A stretch of DNA of 64,000 bases from Chiloscyllium plagiosum. Lineage: Eukaryota. Below are positions 1 to 12,059 of the stretch, piece after piece. The translations under genes were made by a program, and so were the position numbers. Location: the NCBI RefSeq assembly GCF_004010195.1, contig NC_057719.1:62746085-62810084 (forward strand). Reading direction: 5' to 3'. Positions within the stretch are counted from its first letter, which is position 1. Each line of letters starts with the position of its first letter. The notes under the pieces were generated by a model. It was not told the DNA's origin, did no database searches, and was given only the letters and a program-made list of their open reading frames with translations.

Positions 1-859
1 AATGTCTACTCACCACTCAACACACACAGCAATGTTGACAGCTTCTGTTTTGTTTTCATGACAGATGTTCAAAAGCCAATGAAAGTGCCTCTCAGTTCAT
101 ATAACAACACTCCAGCATTATTCTGAATGCATTGCTTCCTTGCGATTTTGTTGTGTTTTGTGCAGCTTCCAGCTTGCATAACCTGCAAAGCAAACTTAGA
201 AAGCGATGAGGTGTCTTTGCGGTCTGCAGTTTAAGGAAAGCATCCATTGTATATTATTTTTAAATGATGAAGCACATTTAAGACGCCTGAATCATCATGG
301 CAATAGGTTTTTGGTCCCAAGTGAAAATTAAAATCTCCTGTTAAGCAAACAGCACTCTTTCTTGCTGAGTCACCAGCCTCAGAATGGGTAATTAATGCTT
401 CAAGTGAATTTTAGGCACCAATCCAGTCCCAGTCCTGTATCCCTTTCAAACTTTACTGTTTTAGTTTCTGATGGCCTTTGGAAGACCTCGGTTAGATTAC
501 TGTTTAATAGTTCACTCAAGCAGTCTCTTGAACCTACATTTAAATGTGGGTCAGATTGACTTTTTCAGTGCAGTGATGGTGAATGACATAATTTTGAAAC
601 ATTGGAGATCTTGTCTTGGTTGCATGGTGAAGTAAACAGGTTACTGTTATTGAGTATGTTTGCTTTCCCACCAGGATCGTAATTACATCTTACATTGTAT
701 TGTCAGGTTTGTTTTGCTGAGGCCTGAATGTTCATTATATGGGTTTGCAATCAGAAAATGGAATTACATTCTACCAAGCACAACCGTTTCAAGCATCAAA
801 TCAGCTAGCTACACTGTAGGGCTCCTTTGCATGTTAACCTGATAATGTAAGTGATTCTG

Positions 860-2420
860 ATAATGTATGGTGCCACTATTTAAGAAGAGTGGTAAGGACA
901 AGCCAGGGAACCATAGACCAGTGAGCCTGATGTCGGTGGTGGGCAAGTTGTTGGAGGGGATCCTGAGGGACAGGATATATGTGTATTTGGAAAGGCAAGG
1001 ACTGATTGGGAAATTATGTCTCACGAACTTGATTTCAGTTTTTTGAAGAAATAACAAAGAGGATTGATCAGCGCAGAGCGGTAGACATTATCTATATGGA
1101 CTTCAGTAAGGCTTTTGACAAGGTTCCCCATGGGAAACTGGTTAGTGAGGTTTGACCTCATGAATACAGGGAGAACTAGCCATTTGGATACAAAATTGGC
1201 TCAAAGGTAGAAGACAGAGGGTGGTGGTGGAAGGTTGTTTTTCAGACTGGAGGCCTGTGACCAGTGCAGTGCCACAAGGGTCAATGCTGGGTCCTCTACT
1301 TTTTGTCATTTACATAAATGATTTGGATATGAGCATATGAGGTACAGCTAGTAAGTTTGCAGATGACCCCAAAATTGGAGGTGTAGTGGAGAGCGAAGAG
1401 GGTTACCTCAGATTACAACAGGATCTGGACCAGATGGGCGAATGGGCTGAGAAGTGGCAGATGGAGTTTAATTTAGATAAATGCGAGGTGCTGCATTTAG
1501 GGAAAGCAAATCTTAGCAGGACTTTTACACTTAATGGTAAGGTCCTAGGGAGTGTGGCTGAACAAAGAGACCTTGGAGTGCAGGTTCTGAGGGGTGACCT
1601 TATAGAGGTTTACAACATTATGAGGGGCATGGATAGGATAAATAGACAAAGTATTTTCCTTGGGGTCGGTGAGTCCAGAACTAGAGGGCATAGGTTTAGG
1701 GTGAGAGGGGAAATATAGAAAAGAGACCTAAGGGGCAACTTTTCATGAAGAGGGTGGGACATGTATGGAATGAGCTGCCAGAGGAAGTGGTGGAGGTTTG
1801 TACAATTGCAACATTTGAAAGGTATTTGGATGGGTACATGAATAGGAAGGGTTTGGAGGGATATGGGCTGGGTGCTGGCAGGTGGGACTAGATTGGTTTA
1901 GGATATCTGGTCGGCATGGAAGTGGTGGAGGCTGGTACAATTGCAACATTTAAAAGGCATCTGGATGGGTATATGATTAGGAAGGGTTTAGAGAGATAAG
2001 GGCCAAGTGCTGGTAAATGGGACTAGATTAGTTTAGGGTATCTGGTCAGCATGGACGAGTTGGACTGAAGGGTTTGCTTCTGTGCTGTACATCTCTGAGA
2101 AAATCTTTTCCCTGGGGTGAGGAAGTCCAGAACTAGAGGGCATTGGTTCAGGGTGAGAAGGGAAAGATATAAAAGAGACCTGAGGGGCAAGGTTTTCACA
2201 GAGGGTGGTACGTGTATGGAATGAGCTCCTAAAGGAAGTGGTAGAAGCTGGTACAATTGCGCCATTTAAAAGGCATCTAGATGGGTATATGATTAGGAGG
2301 GGTTTGGAGAGATATGGGTCAGGTCCTGACAAGTGGGATAGATTAGGTTGGGATATCTGGTTAGTGTGGATGAGTTGGACCGAAGGGTCTGTTTCCATGC
2401 TGTACATCTCTATGACTCTC
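860..2420 (+). mobile_element. CR1-clade (HER1-like) LINE: degenerate ORF2 RT region with internal deletion, followed by three successive 3'-end segments
   Basis: RT motifs [20 protein letters not shown] / SKFADD (~1270-1370) and WAEKWQMEFNLDKCEVLH. The 3' UTR motif gggactagatt..ggatatctggtc..ggacgagttggac recurs at ~1885, ~2020 and ~2335. Confidence 0.92.
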
Positions 2421-4354
2421 ATTTTGAACAGTAACAAAGCAAAGATGAGAAAACAAAGTGTGGCCCATGAAATAATATCTTGTACTCGCTGCCTGAATTC
2501 TTAGCTTCACAAATTGGCTGACTTGCTGTCATTGTCCTGCTCGATTCTCCTTGAATTCGATCCTTTGCTATCCAGTCACTGAGTGCAGTTGATGCTAATC
2601 AGTCCGACTGTCAGAACATCATCCTGGCATGAGAAGGCTGCATGGCACTCTATGCTTTGCAGAGGTTCAAGTTCTGAAAAGTAGAATAATCTTTGATTTA
2701 AAGAAGATCTTTTTTTCTAAGTTGGAAACGAATCTAAAAAATGAATTTTTGTAAAGCAGCTATTATTTTATGTTCCTTTTCCTGACCACTTTTCTTTTCC
2801 TTTCCTCACCTGAAGGTACTGACTTTTTGCGAGGGTATGGATCAACAGTACCTTGCTTAAATAATAATCATTCATATGTGAGATTTGACAATGAATGGCA
2901 GCAGGCTTCATAGACAAGTACAGTCTTCATCGGAACAACACAGGTATTGCAGAATAGTGATGAGGAACAGGAAACCTTGGCTGTTTTTTTTTATCAGCTA
3001 ACGCAGATATCTGTCTTGCAAACACCGTCAGGGATAGTGCAATACCTTTGGTGCACAGTAGCATGTAATGTAAAGCAGAAATGAGGCCAAGTCTACAGTC
3101 TGCAAACAGCTGTGAGCAGTATTAGCTTATGCTGGTTTTTCCCCACACTGTCGATTCCAGCTGCAGGATCTTTATAAGTCCTACCCGGTTGCTCCATAGC
3201 TGATGACTACCTGGACTGCAAAGTGTCAAATAACCCCTGACCTGAAGGATGCTCTAAAGTTTTTGGACAATCCAGCATCTAAAGTTTTACAAATCTGGGT
3301 TTAGAATGCATTGAAGTAATCAAGCTGAATACTGTGGAAACCCGTAGAATTATTTATGTCACCACCTTGAATCTAGTTCCCATCAATTCAACTGTAACAC
3401 CATTCAATCCATCTGCATGTGACTTGCTGTGACACAGCAGTACTGCTTCAAGCTTTCTGTCTCTGACATCTGCATCTGCACTTAAAGTAACACCCTAAGG
3501 TATCCAAGGAGATGAGCAATTCTTATTAAGCCATTACTCTACAGCAGGCATGTTTAGTCAAACACAAGGCAGTAATTGAGAAAAGGCAGCTTGGCCAAAG
3601 GCTCAGAATATTGAAAGCTGACATTTGATTGTCACCAAGTAGTCCATCTTGAATTGTGTACTTGCTGTGCACAGTCATGCTTTCTGTTTCTTCACTTTGT
3701 TCATATCTTATGCCATGTTTCTTTTCAAGCTGTCCCATAGGAGTGCAGATGAAAAGAATAGGGCAATGGGCTTTGGCTGGATACACAGCTTTGTCCAATT
3801 TTAATTGTTTTTCTGGAGTGGAGAGAATCAGAAACTGATCATTTCTTTTCCAGTGTCTCATCCGGTTGGATTTAAGTGCCATGTAGCATCAGTTAATCCT
3901 GCCTGCTTGTGCCGACGGGCAATGGGATGTGCATGTGCAAAAAGTAGAACATGTAAACATTTTTTTTAAATTATAGGAGGATAGTGTGAGCAACAAAGTT
4001 GGGAGTGAGAGGTATAATTCAACAGTTAACCAATTACAGTCCACTCAAAAGGTGAGAGAGTGCAAGTCTATCTGAGACATCGTCACAATTACTTACTTTG
4101 TAACATAGATTCTTGATTCCTCATTTTGCTTGATTAACCTCTGGTGATAACATGTTAGTGCTTCCCTGCATCACTATGACTTAAATTTTTTACTCTCCTT
4201 TCCTTCCTTGAAGCCACAGGTTTGTGTTCGGTTACAGTTCTAAAGTGGCGAGAACCCCTCTTCTCCATCAAATGGCTGTTTATCATGGGATTGCCAAGGC
4301 AGTGGTGGTAGCATCACATCCAAACCTGACTGTGTCCTCACTGAACCTTAGACT

Positions 4355-5720
4355 GTAACATATCAGAATAGGAGTAGGCCAATGAGTCTGCTCCATCATT
4401 CACTAGAATCATAGTTGATCCAACATTCCTCACATTCACTTACCTGCCTTTTCCCTGTCACCCTTAATCCCTTATTTATCAAGAATCTATCTGTCTCAGC
4501 CTTACATATACACAAGGACTGCCCCCATATCTCTCAGTGGCAAGCAGTTCCAAAGATTCACACCTCTCTGAGAGAAGGAGTTCCTCCTCATCTCAGTTTT
4601 ACATTGGTTTCCCTTTGTTCTGAAGTCTTGCCTTCTGGTCCTCGTGGGGGAAATCATTCTGTCAGTATTTACTATGTTAACCCTTTAAGATTCTGATATG
4701 TTTCAATGAGATTATCTCTCAATCCTCTAAACTCATGTAATTAGAGACCCAACCTGTTTAGCCTTTGCTCATAAGATGATTCCTCCATACCAGGGATCAT
4801 CCTAGTGAACCTTCTCTGAACTGCTTCCAGTGGATCAACATCTTTTCTCCTATAAGGAGTCCAGATTGTTCTCAGTACTCCAGATGTGGTCTCACTAGCA
4901 CCTTGTACAGTGGCAGTAAGACATCTCTCTGCTTATACACCCATCCAGTTGAAAGAAGAAGCATAAGTTTCCTGTGTTTTGTGTAGAAGTTCCCACAAAT
5001 CCCTTGGTATTGCAGCTTGCTGCAGATTTGATCTGTTTAAATATTATTCTATTCTCCCTTCCAAAAAAAACAGCTTCACGTTTTGCCACATTATACTCTA
5101 TTTGCCAACGTTTTATGCACTCACTTTAACCATGTAAACGATATCCCTCTTGCAACACCTAATTTTGGTCTGTCTGTAAATTTGGCTGCAGTACGTTAAT
5201 GACTTGGAGGAAACAAGTGAATATATGTTGTAAACAGTTGTAATCCCATCAATGATGCCTGTGGAACCACACTGGTCACAGGTCGCCAATCTGGGTAGGG
5301 GGGAAACCCTTAACCCCACTTGCTGTTTCCTGCCGGCTAGCCAATTTGCTGTCCACACCTACATGTTATCCCCAACACCATAGGCTTTTCTTTTATGACT
5401 TAACCTTTTATGAAGTACCTTGTTAAACACCTTCCAGAAGTTCAAATACAACACATCTACTGTCCCCTCAATCCACTCCAGTTGGAACTTCCCCAAAAAA
5501 ACTATTAAATTAATCCTTTTCATGAAGCTATGCAGAGTTTGCTCAATTAGATTATGTTTTTTCAAATATTCTGCTATGACCTCTGTAATAAGCGATTCCA
5601 AAGTTTTTCCAAGAACTATAAGCTCATCGGCCTATAGTTATCCACTGTTTGCTTCCTTTCCCTTAAAATGTTTGGGCCGGGGAGGAACGTGACATGAGGG
5701 GATGTTGCATTGGCAGTTTT
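4355..5720 (-). mobile_element. Older CR1-clade LINE fragment (RT region to 3' end)
   Basis: Minus-strand peptides VDVLYLNFWKVFNKVLHKRL and WTANWLAGRKQQVG. The 3' end resembles the copy at 45775-46900. Confidence 0.8.
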
Positions 5721-5737
5721 CCAATCCTCTGGGACTT

Positions 5738-5925
5738 GGAGTCATAGAGTCCTCCTGTACGGAAACAGACCGTTTGGTCCATCAACCCAAGCCGAACATA
5801 ATCCCAAACAAAACTTGGCCCACCTGCCTGCTCCTTGCCCACAGATCTTTAAACCTTTTCTGTGTATCTATCCAAATGACTTTTAAACATTGCAATTGTA
5901 CTCACATTCACCACTTTCTCAGGAA
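5738..5925 (-). mobile_element. CR1-type 3' end fragment
   Basis: gagtcatagag...ggaaacagacc...tttaaacattgcaattgtac..ccactt resembles the reverse complement of the other CR1 3' ends here. Confidence 0.7.
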
Positions 5926-6064
5926 GTTCAGAAAGTTACAACGAAAGCATCCACTATCTATTAGCTTAAAACACAGAAATCCTGATGTTATTTTACTGCC
6001 CTTCCACATGCTTCCCACTCCTTCCCCTCAACTTTATGCATCTTTGTAGTTCTTCTATTTCAGT

Positions 6065-6066
<2 letters not shown>

Positions 6067-6105
<39 letters not shown>

Positions 6106-6111
6106 TACACT

Positions 6112-6136
<25 letters not shown>
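6067..6136. repeat. (CA)n microsatellite, interrupted, ~150 bp upstream of the FUT8 acceptor
   Basis: Direct inspection. Confidence 0.97.
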
Positions 6137-6144
<8 letters not shown>

Positions 6145-6288
6145 CTTATACTGCAGACTTGGGAGCTGCTCAGAAGGCAGAATTTGAACCCCTAGATTTG
6201 GGTTACCCAAATAAAATCTGTGTGCTTTGTATAACTATCAGCTATTGACTTACTTTGAATCTGACTTGTGTCGCCTTGCAATTTTTAG

Positions 6289-6403
6289 GTCTATTATGAC
6301 TGATGTGTACTACCTCAGTCAAACAGACGGAGCTGATAAATGGAGAGAGAAAGAGGCCAAGGATCTGACAGATCTAGTTCAGCGGAGAATAACATACCTG
6401 CAG
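6289..6403 (+). CDS. FUT8: Alpha-(1,6)-fucosyltransferase, internal coding exon (115 bp): (R)[38 protein letters not shown]
   Basis: Acceptor atttttAG ends at 6288 and donor GTatgg starts at 6404. The peptide closely matches the vertebrate FUT8 coiled-coil region as I recall it ([38 protein letters not shown]). The exon ends in phase 0 and joins the 61165 exon in frame. Confidence 0.96.
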
Positions 6404-6911
6404 GTATGGGTTGTTTGAAGTACAAACAGCATGAATTCATGACAGGTGCTTTTTTTTAATGCCGTCCTCATGCAATGTCAAGAAAACATGTATTTTCTCG
6501 AATTATTATGCAAAAGATTATCGTTATCAAATTGGGTTAATGTCACAAATAAGATTTTTATTGTGTGATTGATTTTCAATCTAACTGTGTGACAGTGAGA
6601 CCAGTAACTCTGTGATATTTCATTTGTTTGGTTCAGTATTTCTAATCCCACAGAAATATTAAGGTCTATGTTTAAAATCACTTTGGGAAAAGTGCCCTAA
6701 TTGGGGTGTGCAATGACTATATCTGTTCAAACGCATAGATTTATTCAAGTTTGTTTTTTGAACTGAATTGTCAACCAGGATAAACCTTGTGTGGTTGATA
6801 ATTTCAGACTCATTGCTGTGATGACTCTGTTGTAGGACACTTCACCTTGATTAATATTCAGTACCTTGGAGAACACCCTACAGAAGTTGAATGCTTCTGA
6901 CAATTTTATAT

Positions 6912-7110
6912 TTGAAACTTTATTGCTGGAACAGCACAGCAGGTCAGGCAGCATCCAGGGAACAGGAGATTCGACGTTTCGGGCACAGGCCCTTCTGGCG
7001 CCCGAAACGTCGAATCTCCTGTTCCCTGGATGCTGCCTGACCTGCTGTGCTGTTCCAGCAATAAAGTTTCAACTTTGATCTCCAGCATCTGCAGACCTCA
7101 CTTTCTCCTC
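6912..7110. mobile_element. PLE pLTR-derived fold-back element (73-bp arms, 15-nt spacer, 38-nt tail)
   Basis: 6912-6984 is the reverse complement of 7000-7072. 13-bp TSD GACAATTTTATAT at 6899-6911 and 7111-7123. Arm sequence is shared with the end of the GIY-YIG-bearing copy at 14151-15241. Confidence 0.9.
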
Positions 7111-7403
7111 GACAATTTTATATAGCACATTCATAGAACAAAGCCTTGCTGTTGTTTAAGTGAGCTTGGTAGAGCAACTTGAGATGAGGAGCAAACACCC
7201 AGAGAAATGAGAATCCCCAAAAGCTGCTGCCTAAGTTTTCACTGCAACACTAGCTTTGAAGTGCAATATTTCACTCTCTATCTTAGCACTGAGCTTTATG
7301 AAGATTCTGTTGTTGAATGGTAGAGGCAGACTAAACGCGCAACAGAAAGGTGTCTTGTCCTTGTGAACGCATTGTATCCTTTTAGTTCACCCTAGTAAGT
7401 ATT

Positions 7404-7971
7404 TGTTAGAAACGAAAATCGCTTCTCAATAATCGCTCTAGACAAATTCAGGAAAACAAAGTTTTATTAACAAGTCAAGTCTGCAGAGTCGGGCACCCTT
7501 AAAGAAAAGGCGCCCTGAGGCTTACAAAGTCTCCATTATTTATAGGACAAGTCCCTCCTCTCCTTGGCTCCAACAAGCCATGAGGTTCACATTCTTAAAA
7601 ACATCATTATTTTTATCACAAAGTCTGCAACAAAAGGCTCCAGAGTCTCCAAAGTTTGTTGTTTTTCTCACCCTGTAGTCTTATCAGTCAAAAGCTTTAA
7701 TCTTGAAACAGATGTCTCAAGTCTTACTCCCATCCTGGAGTCTTATCAGCGAAGGTCTCATCCTTCTCTGCTGTGTGAATGGCTTCATTAATCAAGAGCC
7801 TGCTTGCTTTTACTATAGCTCACAAATTGTCAGCATTCTGCACAATTTAAATACTCTACTTTTGAGTATATAAAATGGTTGTTAGAAAAGAAACAAAGGT
7901 TTTGTCTTTTATTATAGATCAGTCTGTGGTCCAGGCACATCTTAAAGTTTAAACCGAAATTACCTCTTACA
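7404..7971 (-). mobile_element. Solo LTR (568 bp)
   Basis: Ends are TG...CA with a 5-bp TSD GTATT (7399-7403 and 7972-7976). On the minus strand TATAAAT (7538-7544) lies upstream of AATAAA (7463-7468). Confidence 0.75.
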
Positions 7972-9211
7972 GTATTGTCAATCACTCTTTCTCACACTGA
8001 AAATTAACAAGAAGTCTGGATTTTTTTTCCACTGTTTAGCTGTGGTAAATTTTTAAAATACCAGTTTCTTTTAGAGAAAGCAATTTTCCTCTCTGCCTCT
8101 ATTTGTTTCTACCCGGTCTTTCTTTCCCACTTGATATATTCTTAGCAGATACATAATTTGCTGTTGAATTTACCAGTTTATTATACATTTCATCCTTTGT
8201 TATTCATTGGCTTATATCTGAATCTTTCAATCTAATTGATTAAGTAGGTAAACAGTCACTTGCTGAATTCACTTAGATCCCAGGTGCAATGCTTCTTCAC
8301 TATGCTCTCATGACCCTGCAGTTTTAGCATCTTACCAAGCAAAGTTACAATACAACAAAAATTGAAGCCAATATATTGTAAGCAAAAAATGTCCATGGCT
8401 AGTTGAGAAATTCTGTTCTCAAATGGTACTGTTCATCCAAAATGTGTTCAGGAAGTGCAAGGGAGCAATGACCATGAACTTGAATGCAACCTAATGTCTT
8501 AGGTATTCAGTCCTTTATGTGAGAGTACCCATCTTGTATGTTCAATGTTTCCAGCAGAAGATTATCACCAGAATACGTGGTCTGCTCAATATTATGTTGT
8601 GTTGTGTTAACAGGTTTTGATGCGAGTTTACCAATTTGCCACTGTAGCTGTTTCAAGATCATAGCATTTTGTTTCATTTTTGTTTCATTAATCCTCTCAC
8701 CAGGGAAGGAACATTTTTGGAAACTGTACTTGTGACAAAGTCACCACGAATTCTTAGAAAATTGGAATTATTTAAACTGACCAAATGATGCAGGTATCGA
8801 GCATTAACTCTGCACACGACTTAGAAAATTATGACTTTTTTTAAAAAGTTGCTAATATTGTTAAAGAAGCCTTGAATTTCTCTGGTTCATTCCTACTACA
8901 GTGTGGTGTTGAAGTGAGTTTCCTCATAGGGAAATCATTCATCTGGTAATAAAGGGAGCAGCTAAACTGCATGCTTCTGACTCACTGTGATGAATTATTT
9001 AATAAATATCATAAATATACATTTAATAGCAATGCTGCAGCTAATGTGCCATTTAACTGAATGAAGTAACACTCCTGATAGTGCCTCTTGCTATTTATTG
9101 TATGCATTTGAGATCAGGGATACTTTGACCAGTTAATATATCATATAGTCCTCTGCTAGACTTCATAACCCTAATTCCTGGTGCAGCTTTTTCATTTCAT
9201 TTTACTTCAAG

Positions 9212-9360
9212 GAGAGGTGGTAAAATCCCTGGATTAGTAATTCAGAGATCCAAGCTAATGCTCTGGGAAAGATTGATTCGATTCCCACCATGGAGGTTGG
9301 TGAAATTCATATTCAGTAACGATCTGAAATTAAAAAGCTGGGCTGATGGTGACCATTAAA
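9212..9360 (+). mobile_element. tRNA-derived SINE 5' fragment (family also seen at 32575-32765 and 40975-41270)
   Basis: ctggattagtaattcagaga...ctaatgctctggg...ttcgattcccaccatgg carries a B-box-like motif and is shared with the other copies. Confidence 0.55.
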
Positions 9361-9507
9361 CCTCTCTGTTGTTCAGAGAAGGAAAGTCATGCCATCTTCA
9401 CATCCTCAACATATTATAGCCTTGATCCAAACACATACACAAAAGGAAGTGGGACTGACTGTCCTTGATGTAAAGGCAGCTTTTAATGAAGTATAACACC
9501 AAGGAGC

Positions 9508-9727
9508 TGAAAATGTGTTGCTGGAAAAGCGCAGCAGGTCAGGCAGCATCCAAGGAACAGGAGAATCGACGTTTCGGGCATAAGCCCTTCTTCAGGAATC
9601 TGAAGAAGAGCTTATGCCCAAAACGTCGATTCTCCTGTTCCTTGGATGCTGCCTGACCTGCTGCGCTTTTCCAGCAACACATTTTCAGCTCTGATCTCCA
9701 GCATCTGCAGCCCTCACTTTCTCCTAA
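9508..9727. mobile_element. PLE-derived fold-back element containing two opposed hammerhead motifs
   Basis: Arms ~9504-9595 and ~9600-9691, tail to ~9727. 13-bp TSD AACACCAAGGAGC at 9495-9507 and 9728-9740. Confidence 0.9.
9568..9595 (-). ncRNA. Minimal type I hammerhead ribozyme motif (intact core)
   Basis: Minus strand reads CTGAAGA-A-GGGC-TTAT-GCCC-GAAA-CG-TC: CUGANGA core, 4-bp stem II, GAAA, palindromic ACGT remnant of stem III and a GUC triplet. Activity not shown. Confidence 0.72.
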
Positions 9728-9870
9728 AACACCAAGGAGCCTGAGGAAAGTTTGTGTCAATGGGATTCGAGGGAAAAGCACTTTCCTGGTTAGAGTCATA
9801 CCTAACACAAAGGAAGATGGGTTTTACTGGAAGTTAGTCATTTCAGCCAAAATCACTGCAGGAGTTTCTG

Positions 9871-9944
9871 AGTTAAAAATCTCACAACACCAGGTTTAAT
9901 TGGAAACACTAGCTTTCTGAGTGCTGCTCCTTCATCAGATGGTT
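9871..9944 (-). mobile_element. Fragment of a second PLE pLTR family with a slightly damaged hammerhead (9910-9938)
   Basis: Matches the arm of the 56642-56806 element. Minus strand reads CTGATGA-A-GGAG-CAGCA-CTCA-GAAA-GC-TA. Confidence 0.7.
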
Positions 9945-9993
9945 AGTGTCCGAGGCCCAACCATCTTTGGCTGTATTAGTGATTTTCCTTCCA

Positions 9994-10337
9994 TCTGGCG
10001 CTGTGAGGCACAATGGTTAGCACTGCTGCCTCACAGCGCCAGAGACCCGGGTTCAATTCCCGGGTGGCACAATGGTTAGCACTGCTGCCTCACAGCGCCA
10101 GAGACCCGGGTTCAATTCCCGCCTCAGGTGACTGTCTGTGTGGAGTTTGCACATTCTCCCCGTGTCTGCGTGGGTTTCCTCCGGGTGCTCCGGTTTCCTC
10201 CCACAGTCCAAGGATGTGCAGGTCAGGCGAATTGGCCATGCTAAATTGCCCGTAGTGTTAAGTAAAAGGGGTAAATGGGTGGGTTGCGCTTCGGCGGGTC
10301 GGTGTGGACTTGTTTCCCCACTGTAAGTAATCTAATC
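9994..10337 (+). mobile_element. HE1-like tRNA-derived SINE with a duplicated head and an inverted 5' piece
   Basis: A-box/B-box head (ggcacaatggttagca..gggttcaattcccg), body ctgtgtggagtttgcacattctccccgtgtctgcgtggg, (taatc)n tail. Near-identical to 61914-62230. Confidence 0.9.
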
Positions 10338-12059
10338 CTAAAGTCAGAAGTAGGGATATTTGCACAATGTTCATCACCATGCACGTCTCCTCAGATACTG
10401 AAGTATCCTCTGCCCAAATGTAACAAGACCTGGACAACACTCAGCCTAAGCTAATAACTGGTAAGTAACATCTGTGCTGCACAAGTATCAGGCAATTATC
10501 ACCCAACTCTAGAGAATTCAACCATCATCCCTTGTCATTCAATAGCATTATTCCTGCTGAAGCCTCCACTATCAACATCTGGGGGTTTACCATTGCCCAG
10601 AACTGAGTTGGATTAGTACTACAAGTACACAAAGTGCGAGAGCAGAGGCTGGGAATTCTGCAGCGCATAACTCATCTTCTGATTCCCCAAAGCCTGTCCA
10701 CCATCTACAAGGATCAAGTTAGGAGTGTATTGAAATATACTCCCCACTCAACAACACTCCAGGATCTCAATATCGTCCAAGCTAAAGCAACCCACTTGAT
10801 TGGCATGCCACCCATCTCCCTCAACACTCACTACCATCTCCACCAATGCACGGTGGTCGCTGCGTGCACCATCTACAAGGTGCTGTGCAACAACTCAACA
10901 AGGCTGCTGTGCTGCACCTTCTAAACCCACAACCACCACTATCTAAAAAGGCTATAGCAGAATTACAAGGGAGTACTACCACCAGCAAGTTCCCTCCCAA
11001 GTCTCACATCTTCCTGATTTGGAAGTGCATGACCATTTCTTCACTGTCACTCAGTCAAATTCCTGGTGCTCCCTTTCAAATCACACTGTGGGTGTACATA
11101 CACCACATGAACTGCAACCAATCAAGAAGACCATATCTTCTCCAGAGCAATTTGCAACAGACAATAAATGTTGGCTAGGCTGGTGGTGTACAAATCCCAT
11201 GGATGAATGATAAAGAGAGGTTTGAGCAGCACTGCAGGTACAGTTGGCTTCTGTGTTATCCCTGGTTTTCTTAGGTGAATGTCAGATTTGGAAAAGGTGT
11301 TGTTATTCAGACTTTTGTCCTTTATTTATTTCTAATGTAGTCATTGGTGTGATACACTGGTCTGTATTTTGTCACCCGGTACTCATTCCCTCTTCACGTA
11401 AAATGAATAGCCAGATGGCCTATTCCTGCTCAAGTTTATAATGCTCTTGTACCTTTTCACTCTATCAATCTTGATCCAATCACGGCTCCTGCACTCTCCA
11501 GCAGCTCCTGATTTCCCATTGTCTGGTGATTTGTTTAATCTGATGATTAAACAAATTGTATCTTTACAAAAGGGTCCAACAGTAGACTTGCTATTGATAT
11601 AAATTCTGCAAGTTGCCATGGACCAGCTTGAATCCTAATTGAGGTTTCTGGCACAAGATTGGAAATTTGATCTGAAGTTATTTTGCACATGAATAATGAT
11701 GTTGCTGTTATACTTAATGCTTTGTTTAGCTGTTGGCTGTGAAATAGACCAGCCTCAGAAATTAATATGACACAGTTCGTTGATTTTTGCTGAAACATAT
11801 GGCTGTCAATGCTGAGTAATTAGTTAAAGACTGGAGGAAAAACTGTGTGTTGCACTAAAATCATAAAAGTTTATCTTTGTAGCTGAATCTGTGAAATTGT
11901 TAAATATAAAAGTGGAGTGAGAACCCCAATTCCTGATAAAATCTTTGCAACCTTAGTATCCTTCCATTTTAATACCAGTCGGGTTTGGAGATTAGTGGTT
12001 AGAAGTAGTTGACTGACAGACTGTCAACTGATTACGGTAACTGGATAATTTTAATAAAC

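Larger units (their letters stand above)
9400..11215 (+). mobile_element. Degenerate CR1/L2-group LINE (RT to 3' end) carrying three nested insertions
   Basis: Reads EVGLTVLDVKAAFNEV*HQGA | GKALSWLESYLTQRKM | ..GV | SVRGPTIF across the insertions. The 3' end matches 36540-36785. Confidence 0.8.

Noticed and set aside
2770..2822. Long polypyrimidine tract ending AAG|GTACTG, a possible cryptic acceptor or recursive splice site
   Set aside because: The acceptor and donor consensus are weak and no FUT8-like coding sequence follows. It cannot be supported without nascent RNA data.
6866..7088. Near-identical peptides encoded on both strands (also at 9539, 12383-12814 and 26766)
   Set aside because: A consequence of the DNA palindrome; no evidence of coding.
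6912..7110. Interpretation of the hairpin elements as MITEs or pre-miRNAs
   Set aside because: The asymmetric tail, variable 13-15 bp TSDs and identity with pLTRs of GIY-YIG-encoding elements point to a PLE origin.
10007..10121. Direct repeats resembling a CRISPR array
   Set aside because: Only two units with no unique spacers, in a vertebrate SINE context.
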